This document shows, piece by piece, positions 1 through 10,376 of a DNA stretch of 64,000 bases. The notes beneath the pieces are model-generated. The model searched no databases. It was not told the origin of the DNA and saw nothing but the letters and a program-made list of their open reading frames with translations. Numbering within the stretch: position 1 is the stretch's first letter; each line of letters starts with the position of its first letter. The stretch is from an uncultured Chthonomonadaceae bacterium. GTDB taxonomy: Bacteria; Armatimonadota; Chthonomonadetes; Chthonomonadales; Chthonomonadaceae. Made by a program: the position numbers and the translations under genes. The DNA lies in assembly GCA_963835065.1 (NCBI GenBank), contig CAWIEK010000037.1, positions 64,001 through 128,000 on the forward strand. The letters are read 5' to 3'.

Positions 1-677
1 TCGGCATAAATGCCGAAGATGCCGATAAGCCTGTTCCTCAACCTAAGGATCGTTCTATCGAGCATCTGTTGCTGCACTGCGAGATCGAGGGACCGGGAAT
101 ATACGACTTTCGAATTCTGTTGTATGTGCTGTTTGGAGTGTTTCTCGCCGCCGCCATTCTGAGCGCGATTCCCATTATCGGGCCTATTCTGTCCTGGATT
201 CTTTCAATATTGGCGTTTCTGGCCTTTCTAATTGGCGGAGCCGCCATCCAGCATGCCGACGCAAGCCCGCCTGCCGGCGGGGGATGGGGCGGTTCGTTTA
301 ATGCTTACGAAAATGCCGGCAGCCCCGACAGCCCGGTTGACATTGGATACGTTTTTGGCCGATGGGTTTACAACTCGCTCCATGATGGCTGGAATGAACT
401 TCATCCCCTCCATTTCATGATGAAAATCGGTCAAACCACGAAAGGCGGCGCATAGCGGCGACGAACGGGAGGGAATCTGCAAAACGGGAATTGGGGCGTG
501 GATGGCGGCGACCCGCTGACGATAAAAGGAAGGCTTGACGCGCAATTCAGCGTCATTAATTCGCCCGCCACCCGGCAAGCCCAATCGGAGCCTGAAAACC
601 AATGGTCCTTACACCCGTTGTTGGATGGCTGTCAGGGACTTACGCCAGTTCCCACGCCGTCCGCGCCGATTGGCTAG
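1..677 (+). CDS. Hypothetical membrane-associated protein, 5'-truncated by the window edge, with an in-frame TAG at 453-455
   Basis: Frame is open from position 3 (LHCEIEG, a TM pair, WVYNSLHDGWNELHP). The same frame continues after the TAG as plausible protein (QSEPENQWSLHPLLDGC) to a TAG at 675-677. Confidence 0.6.
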
Positions 678-853
678 GAGCGCATTGCCAGTTCGCGCCG
701 CAGGGAGGAACGGATCATTCTTTCATTGGAGAGCAGATGCCTCCCACAGAATGACTTCGGCGTTTTGCTTTCGGAAGCAGGAAGCGTTCGAGCTTCCACC
801 CTAACCTCTGTGGCAGGCCCGGTTCAGCAGGCTGGAAGCGCCGACATGAGATA

Positions 854-890
854 GTTGCAACCTGACTTCTTCCCCGTTGGGGATTGAAAC
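854..890 (+). CRISPR. Solitary CRISPR-type direct repeat (single unit, no array)
   Basis: 37 nt GTTGCAACCTGACTTCTTCCCCGTTGGGGATTGAAAC: GTT start, CCCC/GGGG stem and ATTGAAAC 3' end typical of Cas6-processed repeats. No second intact copy and no cas genes seen in the window. Confidence 0.6.
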
Positions 891-956
891 TAGAAGGTGG
901 TTGGAGTTTACTAAGCTCTAGCCACCTTCGACTCGTTCAGGGGTGCGGTTAGACGG

Positions 957-978
957 TGGTATAATAACCGCAGGAGGG
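957..978 (+). promoter_or_regulatory. Extended -10 promoter and RBS of the antitoxin-like pair
   Basis: TGGTATAAT at 957-965 and AGGAGGG at 972-978, before the ATG at 986. Confidence 0.6.
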
Positions 979-985
979 TACGAGT

Positions 986-1279
986 ATGGGCATGCAGCCG
1001 TTGATTGTGGAAGGCACATGGCAGGAAGTGGCGAAAATCGGCGTACTGTATGCGGATCGTCGCGTTCGGCTGATTGTCTGGCCGCCGACAGAAGCCTTTT
1101 CGGAGTCGCAAAACAAGCCATTTGAGGCTGCGAGCAACAGCGTGGAAACAGAGCCGCGCTTAATTGATGAGGGAGGCGTTCTGGTACTGGCATCCCTTAA
1201 CGTGCAGGTTAAAGACTGGAATGGACTTGTTGAGCGCGAGAGGAAAGCATATGGTGAGCGGAACAGGAGGTTTGTATGA
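986..1279 (+). CDS. Small hypothetical, antitoxin-like protein
   Basis: 97 aa with a strong RBS. EGTWQEV..RRVRLIV N-terminus and EGGVLV..LVERER tail resemble VapB-type antitoxins. Stop overlaps the next start (ATGA). Confidence 0.55.
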   Translation: MGMQPLIVEGTWQEVAKIGVLYADRRVRLIVWPPTEAFSESQNKPFEAASNSVETEPRLIDEGGVLVLASLNVQVKDWNGLVERERKAYGERNRRFV

Positions 1280-1518
1280 CACAAATTGCATTGAAAGAAG
1301 CGGAAACACAGTTGACGCAACTGGTACAGGCGGCTCGGCTTGGCGAAGAGATTGTGCTTATGGAGAACGATACGCCGGTAGCCCGTCTGGTATCTATTGC
1401 TGAAGCCGAACCGAAGCCCAGGCCGCGCCCGCAGTTTGGCAGCGGTAAGGGGCGGATCTTGTACATGGCTCCCGATTTCGACGCGCCCCTTGAAGATTTC
1501 AAGGAGTACATGGAATAA
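1276..1518 (+). CDS. Phd/YefM-type antitoxin with DUF2281-like C-terminus
   Basis: LKEAETQLTQLVQAARLGEEIVLMENDTPVARLV and RPQFGSGKG..MAPDFDAPLEDFKEYM motifs. Confidence 0.85.
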   Translation: MTQIALKEAETQLTQLVQAARLGEEIVLMENDTPVARLVSIAEAEPKPRPRPQFGSGKGRILYMAPDFDAPLEDFKEYME

Positions 1519-1524
1519 GGCTTC

Positions 1525-2022
1525 TTACTCGCTGTCTGCTTTGTGAACATCGGCGCGGACAAGATCAATCACGACGGCGCTTGCCAGAATGAGAATGTCG
1601 TCTTCACCCGGCGCGACTTCGATGCCGAACGTGTCCCGAATAGCGAACCAGCGTTTGGAAACCGTTGCGACCGGCTGATCGTTGCGGGTGAACGTGTACT
1701 CGTTGTCCAGAAAATTGCCCTGCGCGATCAGATCGTCCGGGCCTTCCACATCCACGAAAAAGCGCTGCCGAAACAGGGTGAAATGCGCTTTCTTCACAAC
1801 CGCCTGCACTTCGCCGTTGCGCCAGATTTCGTATGTCGGCCCCCACGCCAGCAGTTTTTGCTTGATAACCGCCAGTTCGTTCTGCGCCATGTCCCGGATA
1901 ATCAGTTTGTCGCCGATTGTCAGAACCTTGCCGTCCACAATAAACCTGTCATTGCCGTCGTTATCCTGAATGATGAAGTCGTTGCCGATGGAAAAGAACT
2001 TCTCCCGCATCTTGTAAATCAT
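1525..2022 (-). CDS. LURP-one/scramblase (Tubby-C) family protein
   Basis: MIYKMREKFFSIGNDFII..VDGK..VSKRWFAIRDTFGIEV..LILASAVVID. GGAGA RBS before the ATG at 2022. Confidence 0.9.
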   Translation of the reverse strand: MIYKMREKFFSIGNDFIIQDNDGNDRFIVDGKVLTIGDKLIIRDMAQNELAVIKQKLLAWGPTYEIWRNGEVQAVVKKAHFTLFRQRFFVDVEGPDDLIAQGNFLDNEYTFTRNDQPVATVSKRWFAIRDTFGIEVAPGEDDILILASAVVIDLVRADVHKADSE

Positions 2023-2050
2023 GTTATTCTCCCCTTGCCTGCAAGACGCT

Positions 2051-4600
2051 TTATTGCGGGGCGCGTGTTCCCGCCGTGTATAAAGTGAAGTGGCCGCGCC
2101 AGAGCGGGTCATCCTTTTTGATGGTTTTGGTAACGCCGTTCCGCGTTTCCTGAACGATGATAGGGAACGGCTTGTTGGTATAGCACACTTCGGCGAACGT
2201 GAGCGCGGCTTCGGAATTGTCAATCACGAACATCGGGGCGCGCTGCGTATCGCCGACGGAGTAGCTGAAGCCGCCCAGCAGTTCGGTCTTGCTGCCGTGT
2301 TTCAAATCCAGCAATGGCCCGCCGCCCTCGGTTTTTAAGCCTAATATCCATGCGGTTCCGCCGTCGTTTTCAATGTGTACGCCGTCGCCTTCCGGGTTGA
2401 ATTGCCGCGCCCATAGATGCTGATTGCGGAAATGGAAGTAGCGCCCGACCACATCCTCAATGTACACGTCTCCCGTTCCCGCCGCCCCCGTTCGGTACGC
2501 TTCCGCGCCCTGAAAGTTGATGGCAAGGCGCTGCATCACTAGCGCGCGCTTGGCGTTATGCTCCAGAAAGAAGTAGGGGCCGGACGAAAAATCCGTGCTG
2601 ATGCCTTCCAGCGAAACAATGGGCGAGGTTCCGTCTTCAAAGCGGAAAACAGGCTGATTTTTGGTTTTCAGCAAGCCTTCGACCATCAGATAAGCGCGGC
2701 AGCCCACAATGCGCCGTACATTGCCGCGAATCGTGATTGTTTTTTCGATGCGGTAGCCGCCGCGTGGCAGGTAAATGGTTGTCGCGCCCAAATCAATCGC
2801 CTTTTGTATCGCGTCGCTGGCGTCCTCGTAACTGTCGGGCGCGATGCCGAACTTGGATGGACCCGACCACTGGCTCAGATCATCCCAGGGCAGGAGGGGC
2901 GTTTCGCGGACGGGCAAATGCAGTCCTTTACCTGGCGTTCCGAACAGGCTGGACGCGGGTTTGGTGGCGAACTGCTCCACAACCGGACCGGCTGGAACGC
3001 GCGTTTGCCCACCCAGGCTGCTGCTTATGGCAGAGCGATAGCCGACCGCGCGCAGGTTGCGTCCGACAAAATCGGAGCGTACATCCACAGCGGGACAATC
3101 GGCGGCAGCGCCTGTAACGCTGAAATCGCAATCCAGCATTGTTGTGAAGCCGCCGCCCGCGTAAAAAGCAGGCACGGCATTGCTGCTGCGCAAATCGCGG
3201 ACGGTGCAGGGCTGGCCGTCGTTGCGAAAACCGAATTTGTTCTGGTTCAGGACGTTGACGTGTTCCAGTGTTTCGCTGGCAACGCTCGTAGCGACCCGGA
3301 TACCGATGTCGAAGCCCACAACGGTAACGCGCTTGATAAGACACGGGCCTTGTTCGTCCGTATAGCCCATGTCCAGGCCGACAACGCCCTGCCCATCCCC
3401 CGAAACCAGATCAACATCCCACATTCCGCCCTGATTGTTGGCGATAAACTGCGCCCCACACGCGCCGGGATTGTTCATGCCGGTATCAATCGTCAGGTTG
3501 TGGATTTCGTTGCTGAAACGCTGCGCGGGCGCGTGGCCGGTATAAACAACGCCCTTCGGCTTGCGCGGATTGTCGAAGCCGGGGCAACCGTCCTTCAATT
3601 GAATTACCGTTCCCACTCTGGATTGCCCCTGCAGTACCGTATTGCGCTGCTGGCCCTCGTTGCCGCCCCACCGAAGCGTGTTGGAAACCAGATAAATGCC
3701 GTTCGGCAGATAGATAATGGCGTTGCGCTCCGGGTAATCGTCGAACGCTTTTTGAATGGAAGCGGTATCATCCGTTACGCCGTCACCCTTAGCATTATAA
3801 GGCGGTTTGGACACATCAATAATCCCGGCATCCGCCGGATAAATAATGTTTTCCTGCTGCGGCAAGCGCGCGCCGAGCGCCAGATGCGGATGTGTCGGGC
3901 GCGGGTATTTGGGTTTCCATACAACGGGTTGGGGAACCGCCGCCTTCACATCGGCGTTGGAAAAGCGGACTTCCGACAGCCCCGACATTTCGCCGTTGCG
4001 GTAATTGCTTTTAATCTGCCACTTAAACCACCGCGCTTTCACGATCTTGCCAAAGGCAACCGCTTCGCCGCGCTCGTCCTCCATGCCCGACGCCATGCGC
4101 AGCGTAAACGTTCCCACCGGCTTGAAAGTCTTGTTGTCCAAAGACGCGGAAATCTCCACTTCGCGTACACTGCGCGTATTCCACCCTCCCGCCTCATTGT
4201 AGTTCCACACGTACACGCCGTTGACGTTGAAATCTTTGCCCAGATCGAACAGCAGCCAGGAATTCGCGTCGCCGTTCCACATGCAGTTGCCGTCCGCGCC
4301 GACGTTGTTGGTATGAACGTACACGCCGCTCCCCGGTTTGGCTTCGCCCCATCCGCTGCCGTCAATGAGTTTGTTGGGCGTCCGTCCCGCGAACGCCTGC
4401 GAACTGGAAGCGCGGGCGTCGGTGGGCGTGAGGAAAGCGCCGAGGGTTTGGGTTGGGGGAGAGGTGTTGGGGGAGGGGTGTTGGGTATTGGGCAAAGGCG
4501 GCGCGGCAGTTTGGGAATGGGCGGCATGGGTGAGCCAGGCGGCGGGCAGCAGGCACAGGCACAACAGGCGGAAAAGGAATGGTTTGTAATGGGCAGACAT
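2051..4600 (-). CDS. Secreted discoidin-like + pectate-lyase-superfamily (GH55/GH28-like) glycoside hydrolase
   Basis: Signal peptide ending AHS-Q, WLLFDLG..YVWNYN discoidin motif, YNAKGDGVTDDTASIQKA..IYLPNGIY and a second DASDAIQKAID..IYLPRGGY repeat. Confidence 0.8.
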   Translation of the reverse strand: MSAHYKPFLFRLLCLCLLPAAWLTHAAHSQTAAPPLPNTQHPSPNTSPPTQTLGAFLTPTDARASSSQAFAGRTPNKLIDGSGWGEAKPGSGVYVHTNNVGADGNCMWNGDANSWLLFDLGKDFNVNGVYVWNYNEAGGWNTRSVREVEISASLDNKTFKPVGTFTLRMASGMEDERGEAVAFGKIVKARWFKWQIKSNYRNGEMSGLSEVRFSNADVKAAVPQPVVWKPKYPRPTHPHLALGARLPQQENIIYPADAGIIDVSKPPYNAKGDGVTDDTASIQKAFDDYPERNAIIYLPNGIYLVSNTLRWGGNEGQQRNTVLQGQSRVGTVIQLKDGCPGFDNPRKPKGVVYTGHAPAQRFSNEIHNLTIDTGMNNPGACGAQFIANNQGGMWDVDLVSGDGQGVVGLDMGYTDEQGPCLIKRVTVVGFDIGIRVATSVASETLEHVNVLNQNKFGFRNDGQPCTVRDLRSSNAVPAFYAGGGFTTMLDCDFSVTGAAADCPAVDVRSDFVGRNLRAVGYRSAISSSLGGQTRVPAGPVVEQFATKPASSLFGTPGKGLHLPVRETPLLPWDDLSQWSGPSKFGIAPDSYEDASDAIQKAIDLGATTIYLPRGGYRIEKTITIRGNVRRIVGCRAYLMVEGLLKTKNQPVFRFEDGTSPIVSLEGISTDFSSGPYFFLEHNAKRALVMQRLAINFQGAEAYRTGAAGTGDVYIEDVVGRYFHFRNQHLWARQFNPEGDGVHIENDGGTAWILGLKTEGGGPLLDLKHGSKTELLGGFSYSVGDTQRAPMFVIDNSEAALTFAEVCYTNKPFPIIVQETRNGVTKTIKKDDPLWRGHFTLYTAGTRAPQ

Positions 4601-4780
4601 GGGCGTTCCTGACGACGTGGTTTGTTGCGGCAGGGCAGAAATGGGAAATCCGTTTCCCAACTCGTGCCGAAATCCTGCAAGTGTTGTCACGTTGATTCCG
4701 CAGAATAATCGCATTGTCCTGCATGGAAATGGTACGCCGTGTGCAATTCAAACATAAGGCACTCACATTGGCGCGGGTTT

Positions 4781-4900
4781 ACCGAGGATTGAAAATCCCT
4801 GTCTGGACAAAGCAAGCGTCCTGCGGACGCGGGAATATGGATAGAGAATCGCGTCTGAAAGACGCTTGCACTTTCCTGCCGGGTATTTTCAATACCCGGC
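4781..4900. repeat. Inverted pair of ~50-bp palindromic repeats (family B)
   Basis: GCGTC..GACGCTTG(C/T)ACTTTCCTGCCGGG.ATTTTCAAT.CCCGGC. Further copies at ~8384-8433 and ~12197-12246. Confidence 0.8.
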
Positions 4901-5192
4901 ACAGGCAATGCCTTAAATTGGCAATGCGCCCTGGCACACCAACGATACGCGCCTCATTTTATGTCTATACCAACTATTTTTGGCGGCGGAAACGACGCGC
5001 GGCTTGCCTGCGCCAAACAAGAACGCTCGCGCCGACAAGCCCGGCCAACGTCAGGAAGACAACATCGGCGGGAACGGCGACAACGTGAATGTCATAGTCA
5101 ATAAAGCAATCAGCGACGACAGCCCCGTTTGCCTGCCACGCTTGAAATTACGAAACCTGACCATGCGCGTTCCTCCATTCACCTCAATACCC

Positions 5193-5305
5193 GTAGGGGC
5201 GCAATTTATTGCGCCCTCCTCATGCTTGATCACGCCCTCCTCATGCTTGATCACGCCCTCCTCATGCTTGATCACGCCCTCGTCATGCTTGATCACGCCC
5301 TCCTC
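5193..5305 (+). repeat. GTAG-type REP followed by 4 x 21-bp tandem repeat
   Basis: GTAGGGGCGCAATTTATTGCGCCC, then (CCTCATGCTTGATCACGCCCT)x4 with one mismatch. Confidence 0.85.
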
Positions 5306-5490
5306 GTAAGTTATCACACTCGCGTCTGCTATTTGGTTCCGGCGAAGCGTCAAAAGGTTCATAGAAAACGAGTTGACGACTATTAAAAAGAATGACGCTG
5401 TAAGAAGGATTGGCGGCAGGAAAGTCGAATTTCATTTTTAACATAGCAACCAACTTTTTCATGCGCTTTTTCCATAGAGGGGCATAGAGG

Positions 5491-8239
5491 ATGGATACAA
5501 AGACGTGTTCAACATTCGGGCGGCTTCGACCTGCGGCGATTTTGCTGTTTCTGCCTGCCGTTCCTCATGTTGGCGGCGTTATCGCGTGACAATGACGGCG
5601 CAGGCGCAAAACGCGGCGACCTTGCAGGCGTTTGAGAAAGAAGCGCACTTGGGCAGCGTGGAAGACGCGGTTGTCGGCGTTACGGTTGTCAATAAAGGCG
5701 CGGATGGCAACGTTCAAGTGCGGCATAGCAGTGGCGTGATGCTGCGCTGCGACGGCTTTGTACTGGCTCCCGAAGCGCTGTTTTATACAGGCAACGGCAA
5801 AAACGACGGCGAGCGCAAGCCCAATCAAAGCGTTACCGTCACGCTGCATCCGGGTACGCCGAAACAACAAACCGTCGTGGGGCGGCGTCCGGGCTGGCTG
5901 GGGTGGGTGGAGTGGGGCAACACGCGCCAGCATTTAGGCTACGCCGTTCTGAAACTGGACAACGTACACTGTCCCGCCCTGCGCGCCCTGACGCCGGACA
6001 CACTCGCGGCAGGCGATAAACTCACCCTTGCGTGGAGCGCATGGGACGAACATCAGCAGAAGTTCCTGCCCGCGCAGACAAAGTCCGTTGCTGTCGGAGA
6101 GCGCAAGCCCCCGGCGAAAGACGATACCACGCCGCTCTTGTACCGCGAACAGTTTACGCCCCTCCATTCCCCACAGGAAGGCGTTACGCCTGGCGCGGTG
6201 TTGCTGACGGAAGAAAACCTGCTCGTGGGCATTGTTCCCGGCAGTACGCCCGCAACTATTACCCAATTCGCCAACTTCGCTTCGCTTGGAAACGCTACCA
6301 ACTGCGTGACTGCGCTGCCAAGGGGGATGTGGCTTTCATCAACCGCAACAAGCCTACTGCTGACACTCCTGCGCTCGTCGGGCGGAGTGTACCGTCAGTG
6401 CCTCAGGTATCTGGTGTGCCTCTGGTGTCTGGCCCGAAGGGCAGTCAGCAGCCGGTGAAAGTGTCTCCTGCGGAAAAACAGCAGCGCGATGTAGCCGCGT
6501 CCGCGCCCGATATGGTAGCCGTTCCCGGTGGCCCCGTGAAACTGCCGTCTGCCCTGCTGAATTTTCAACTGGACATGGAAGCCAGCCAACCGCCTGCCTT
6601 GCGCCGTTCCTCATAGACCGCTTCGAGGTGACGAACGCGCAATACTGGACGTTCTGGCAGTCGCTGCCGGAAAAGACGCGCCATGACCCCAACGTTCGCG
6701 CCGATATGTACCCCTATGGATGGGACAAGGAAGCGGAGCCGTTCCCGAATAGCCTTGCGCAGGTTCCCGTACTTGGGCGTTCGTCTGCCCGGAGCGCGGG
6801 CGTATGCGAAGTGGGCGGGCAAGCGTCTGCCGACGCCGTATGAATGGTGTCTCGCCGCGTTCGGGCCGAGCGGCGGCAACACAATGCCGGAATGGGGCAA
6901 GCGTTTCCTCAAACAGCGCAAGGATGTGTGGAGCGAGATCGTGAAAGCGCATATAGCGTATGCGCGGCAGCATCCCGACATTATCCCAAAGTTTATAGGG
7001 GGACACGTCATCTATAATGGGCAGCTTATAGAACCCTTAGCACCGGGTGCTTTTGATGGACAGCATCCAATCATAAATAACGGCTTAGAGATAATGTCGG
7101 ATGTAACGCATCCAAGTGTCGCCGAGTTTTTTCATTTGCCATGGTTCTTTTACCATGCAGGTTATCAGGAAGCGTCCGCATGGTCGAAGCAAATTGTGGA
7201 AGACCTGACCGAGCCATTGTTTCAGGAATGGGTTGATCCCATGTACGTGCTGCCGGTCGGCTCACGCCCCTATGATGTCAGCCCTTATGGAGCCTTGGAT
7301 ATGCTTACCAATGCTTCGGAACTCGTCGCGCCCGGTCCCATTTTCCCGTGGAATAGCGCTCCAAATCCGAATGGCCGGTGCGCGAAGCAGACCGCTACAT
7401 AGATGTAAAATGGGGCATTTTCGATCCTTCCACTGCGTTGGCAACCGCCCTTCAGTATAGGAATTTAGACCATTCGCCGTTGTACTTTACATTTTATAAG
7501 GATAATAGCGTACTCATGACAACTCCCGAAAACATGATTACGTTATTTCCCTTCTTGGAAAATCCTCTACATTTATGGAGCGGAACGCCGCTCGCGCGGA
7601 GTCCGGGGGATGAGAGAGAGGAAGAGCCGGTAGATACGCCAACGTCCATCTATGATTTTCTCTGGCGGAGTGTGCATTCCAAACTTGCTTATGTTTATAC
7701 GAATTGGCTGCCCAGGTATACGGATCACATGCCGACACGCCGCTTACGATCCGCATCCGAAAACGCGCGTCCCGAACACGCCGGACTTTGTGCCGTCCGA
7801 TCTGGCTTCTTTTGTCAAAGCGCGAGCGGCAATGGATGAGTATGCTGAAATGCTGCGGCCCGCCGATGAGATGATGGTTACGATGCAAGTCGGGCCAACG
7901 TACAACATGGTAAATTATCCATTTACGGGAACGACGCTTCACAACTGGGTGCTTGAGGCGGAGCCTGTGGTTGAGCGACTGGCGAATGGGCGGTTCAAAG
8001 TTACGTACCCGTATCCTCCGACGTGGGTAGACAAATCCATCTTTATGGACGGCACATGGATTACCCATGCCGGCGCATTTCCCTTATGGAACGAAAAGCC
8101 ACGCCACTATCATCAGGAAATGGGTCATGCCGTCGCCGAAGATCACAACCGCCCATATCGCAGCGTGAACCCCCCGAAGGAAAGCAAACTTGCTCCCGAC
8201 ACGTTCCTGGTTGCCGGTGGATTTCGCTGCGCGCGCTAA
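5491..8239 (+). pseudogene. Fragmented secreted protein: degenerate trypsin-like domain + formylglycine-generating-enzyme (SUMF1) domain
   Basis: Fragments in shifting frames read SGVMLRCDGFVL, DMVAVPGG, FLIDRFEVTNAQY, ARAYAKWAGKRLPTPYEW, PVGSRPYDVSPYGALDMLTNASE and GGFRCAR. At least 5 frameshifts; decay or sequencing error. Confidence 0.75.
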
Positions 8240-8383
8240 GAGCCTTTAGATGTGAAATCAAATTCCCGAACGTAGGAGCGTTGCTTGTTGCGCTTCCCGC
8301 ATGTGGAAATCTAACCTGCTGCGCCAGCCAACAACGGCTACATTTCCAGACCCGAAATGCCTCTCCCAACAGGCGCGGCATTT

Positions 8384-8433
8384 GCGTCCGTAGGACGCTT
8401 GTACTTTCCTGCCGGGGATTTTCAATCCCCGGC
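8384..8433 (+). repeat. Family B palindromic repeat
   Basis: GCGTCCGTAGGACGCTTGTACTTTCCTGCCGGGGATTTTCAATCCCCGGC. Confidence 0.8.
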
Positions 8434-8775
8434 CAGTATTTCACAGCAAGCGTTGAAAGTACCCGGCCAAGCGGGATCCACTGCGCCAACAGCAAGCCTC
8501 CCGCAAAATAATCCATAAAAAAGAGCAAAATAACGCAAAAACAATGAACCCTTTGCCCTGTACAGCCGTCTAAATAGTAGAATAACAGTCTACAATTCAA
8601 ATGTTAGACACCGGAAGGGAGGTGCCAGTCCTATGTTTCACCCCTCCCGTTCGCCCTGACGCTTGCGGAGGCCACGACGCCTCTCTTCTACAACTTGACA
8701 CAACGAGACATCGGGCTGGAAGCGCTGTATTGCCAGGATTTCGACGATGACTCTACATACTCTTTATTAAATTGC

Positions 8776-10367
8776 TCAAGCGGCGAGAGGCTGAAACCTG
8801 TTGTCGTTTGCTTTCTGAAACTGCGCGAAGAAAGCGTCTTCCTCACAGGGCGTTTTCACCCTATCCTGCGGCGTGGGCAGGGGGAACAGGGGCGCGTTGC
8901 CTAAAATGTACTCGGCAATCCTATCCAGATTTTTGTCGCGTCCCGGCGCGAGTTCGGCCACGCTTTGATAGGTCAAATCCGCCTGAAAGTAATTGCCGCT
9001 CACTTTCACCTTGCTGAACGGGATGCAGATGTCTATGAACAGGCGCTGCATGAACCGAAACGCCATACGCTGCGTGTAGGGCTGAAAACCCATCTGCATG
9101 ACCGCTTCCATCGTGGGCGCAACATCGGACAAGTCGCCAATTTCCTGCGTAAACCCGCAATCCTTGTAATAGCCCATGCCCGCGTGGACAAGCGGCAGGC
9201 CGCGACAGGCCATTTCCAATCCCGCCGTAGAGCCATAACTCAGCCCCGCGCTTGCCACATCCATCAGGCTGTACGTGCTGATTTTCTCGTCAGGCATAAT
9301 CACGCGGACATTGGCAGGCAGCCGTTCGCGCAAACCTTTGTACCATTCCAGTACCCGCCCGTCCGTTTTGGCGTGATCCCCCTCGTTGGGATGGACGCGC
9401 ACAATCAAATTGTATTCGGGATGCGCGCCGAACCATTGCGCCGTATGTTCGATCCAGGGCAGTTGCTCCACCGCGCGGGCGCGATCCGCCAGACTGCCCT
9501 CGCAATCCGAACTGGTGCAAAGCAGGGCAAGGGGGCGATCCGGCAGTCCCAATTGGGCGCAGATTTCCGCCCGCTCCTGCGCGTTTTTCTGCTGCGGGCT
9601 GAACGCCGACCAGTTCATATTCATGCCCTGTCGCCGCTGCTGTAGTAATTGCGCGACGCCCGCCAGTTCCGGCTGCGTCAGGGGCACATCCTTCCACGCT
9701 TCCCAGCGCTCTTGATACCCGCCATGTCGCCCGCGATCCCCGACGTGATAAAACCAACCGTGTTGTCCATCCAGCCGCGCTCGTGCAGCACGACCCGAAT
9801 TCCCCGGCTCCGCGCCACTTCGACAGCCACGCGATTAAGAAAAAACGAGCCGTTCAGCGTGACGATGCAATCCGGGTTGTATTTGTCATACAAGCGGGGC
9901 AGGGCAACCGCCGCCATTGCCGCGCCTTCCAGCAATAGCCGATAGGAACGGGCAACGTCTTCGCGCTCCAGTTGCGGGTGAAGCGTATGCCAGTAGGAAA
10001 CAATATCGGCGCGCGTCCACGCGCCAATGGGCAGGCCGGCGTAGCAGGCGGTTTCCAGTTCCTCCACGCGCAAACCGTTCGCCCATTCCGCAATACGCGC
10101 TTTTTCATTCCCGCGAACAGCCACCTGCATAAACTCGGCGGCATGGCGCACCTGGGGCAAAATCGTCTGCGTGAAACTGCGGCAATTCGCGCAAATTTGC
10201 TCCCGATCCGGCACGGTCATCGCCGCCATGCCGCAATTAGGCAAACCGGAACAGGTCAGAAACCGAACGGAATGGCCGCGCTGCCGCAGCGCGTGTCCCA
10301 TCGTGACCTCCCAGAGCGTGTGCGGCAGCCAGGGCGTATAGGGTGTGAAAAAGAGTATAGTTTGCAT
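8776..10367 (-). CDS. Capsule-synthesis-type glycosyltransferase-like protein, one frameshift near 9700
   Basis: ORFs 9678-10367 and 8776-9687 join. Motifs LIVRVHPNE, ISTYSLM and YGSTAGLEMACRGLPLV. Confidence 0.7.
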
Positions 10368-10376
10368 GCTAAAACC

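Noticed and set aside
2558..4612. Long antisense ORFs (also 27386-28519, 30412-31926, 45409-46593, 61804-62976)
   Set aside because: They are shadow frames of well-supported genes in GC-rich DNA and have no recognisable motifs.
5218..5301. 21-bp repeats as a CRISPR array
   Set aside because: The units are directly tandem with no unique spacers.
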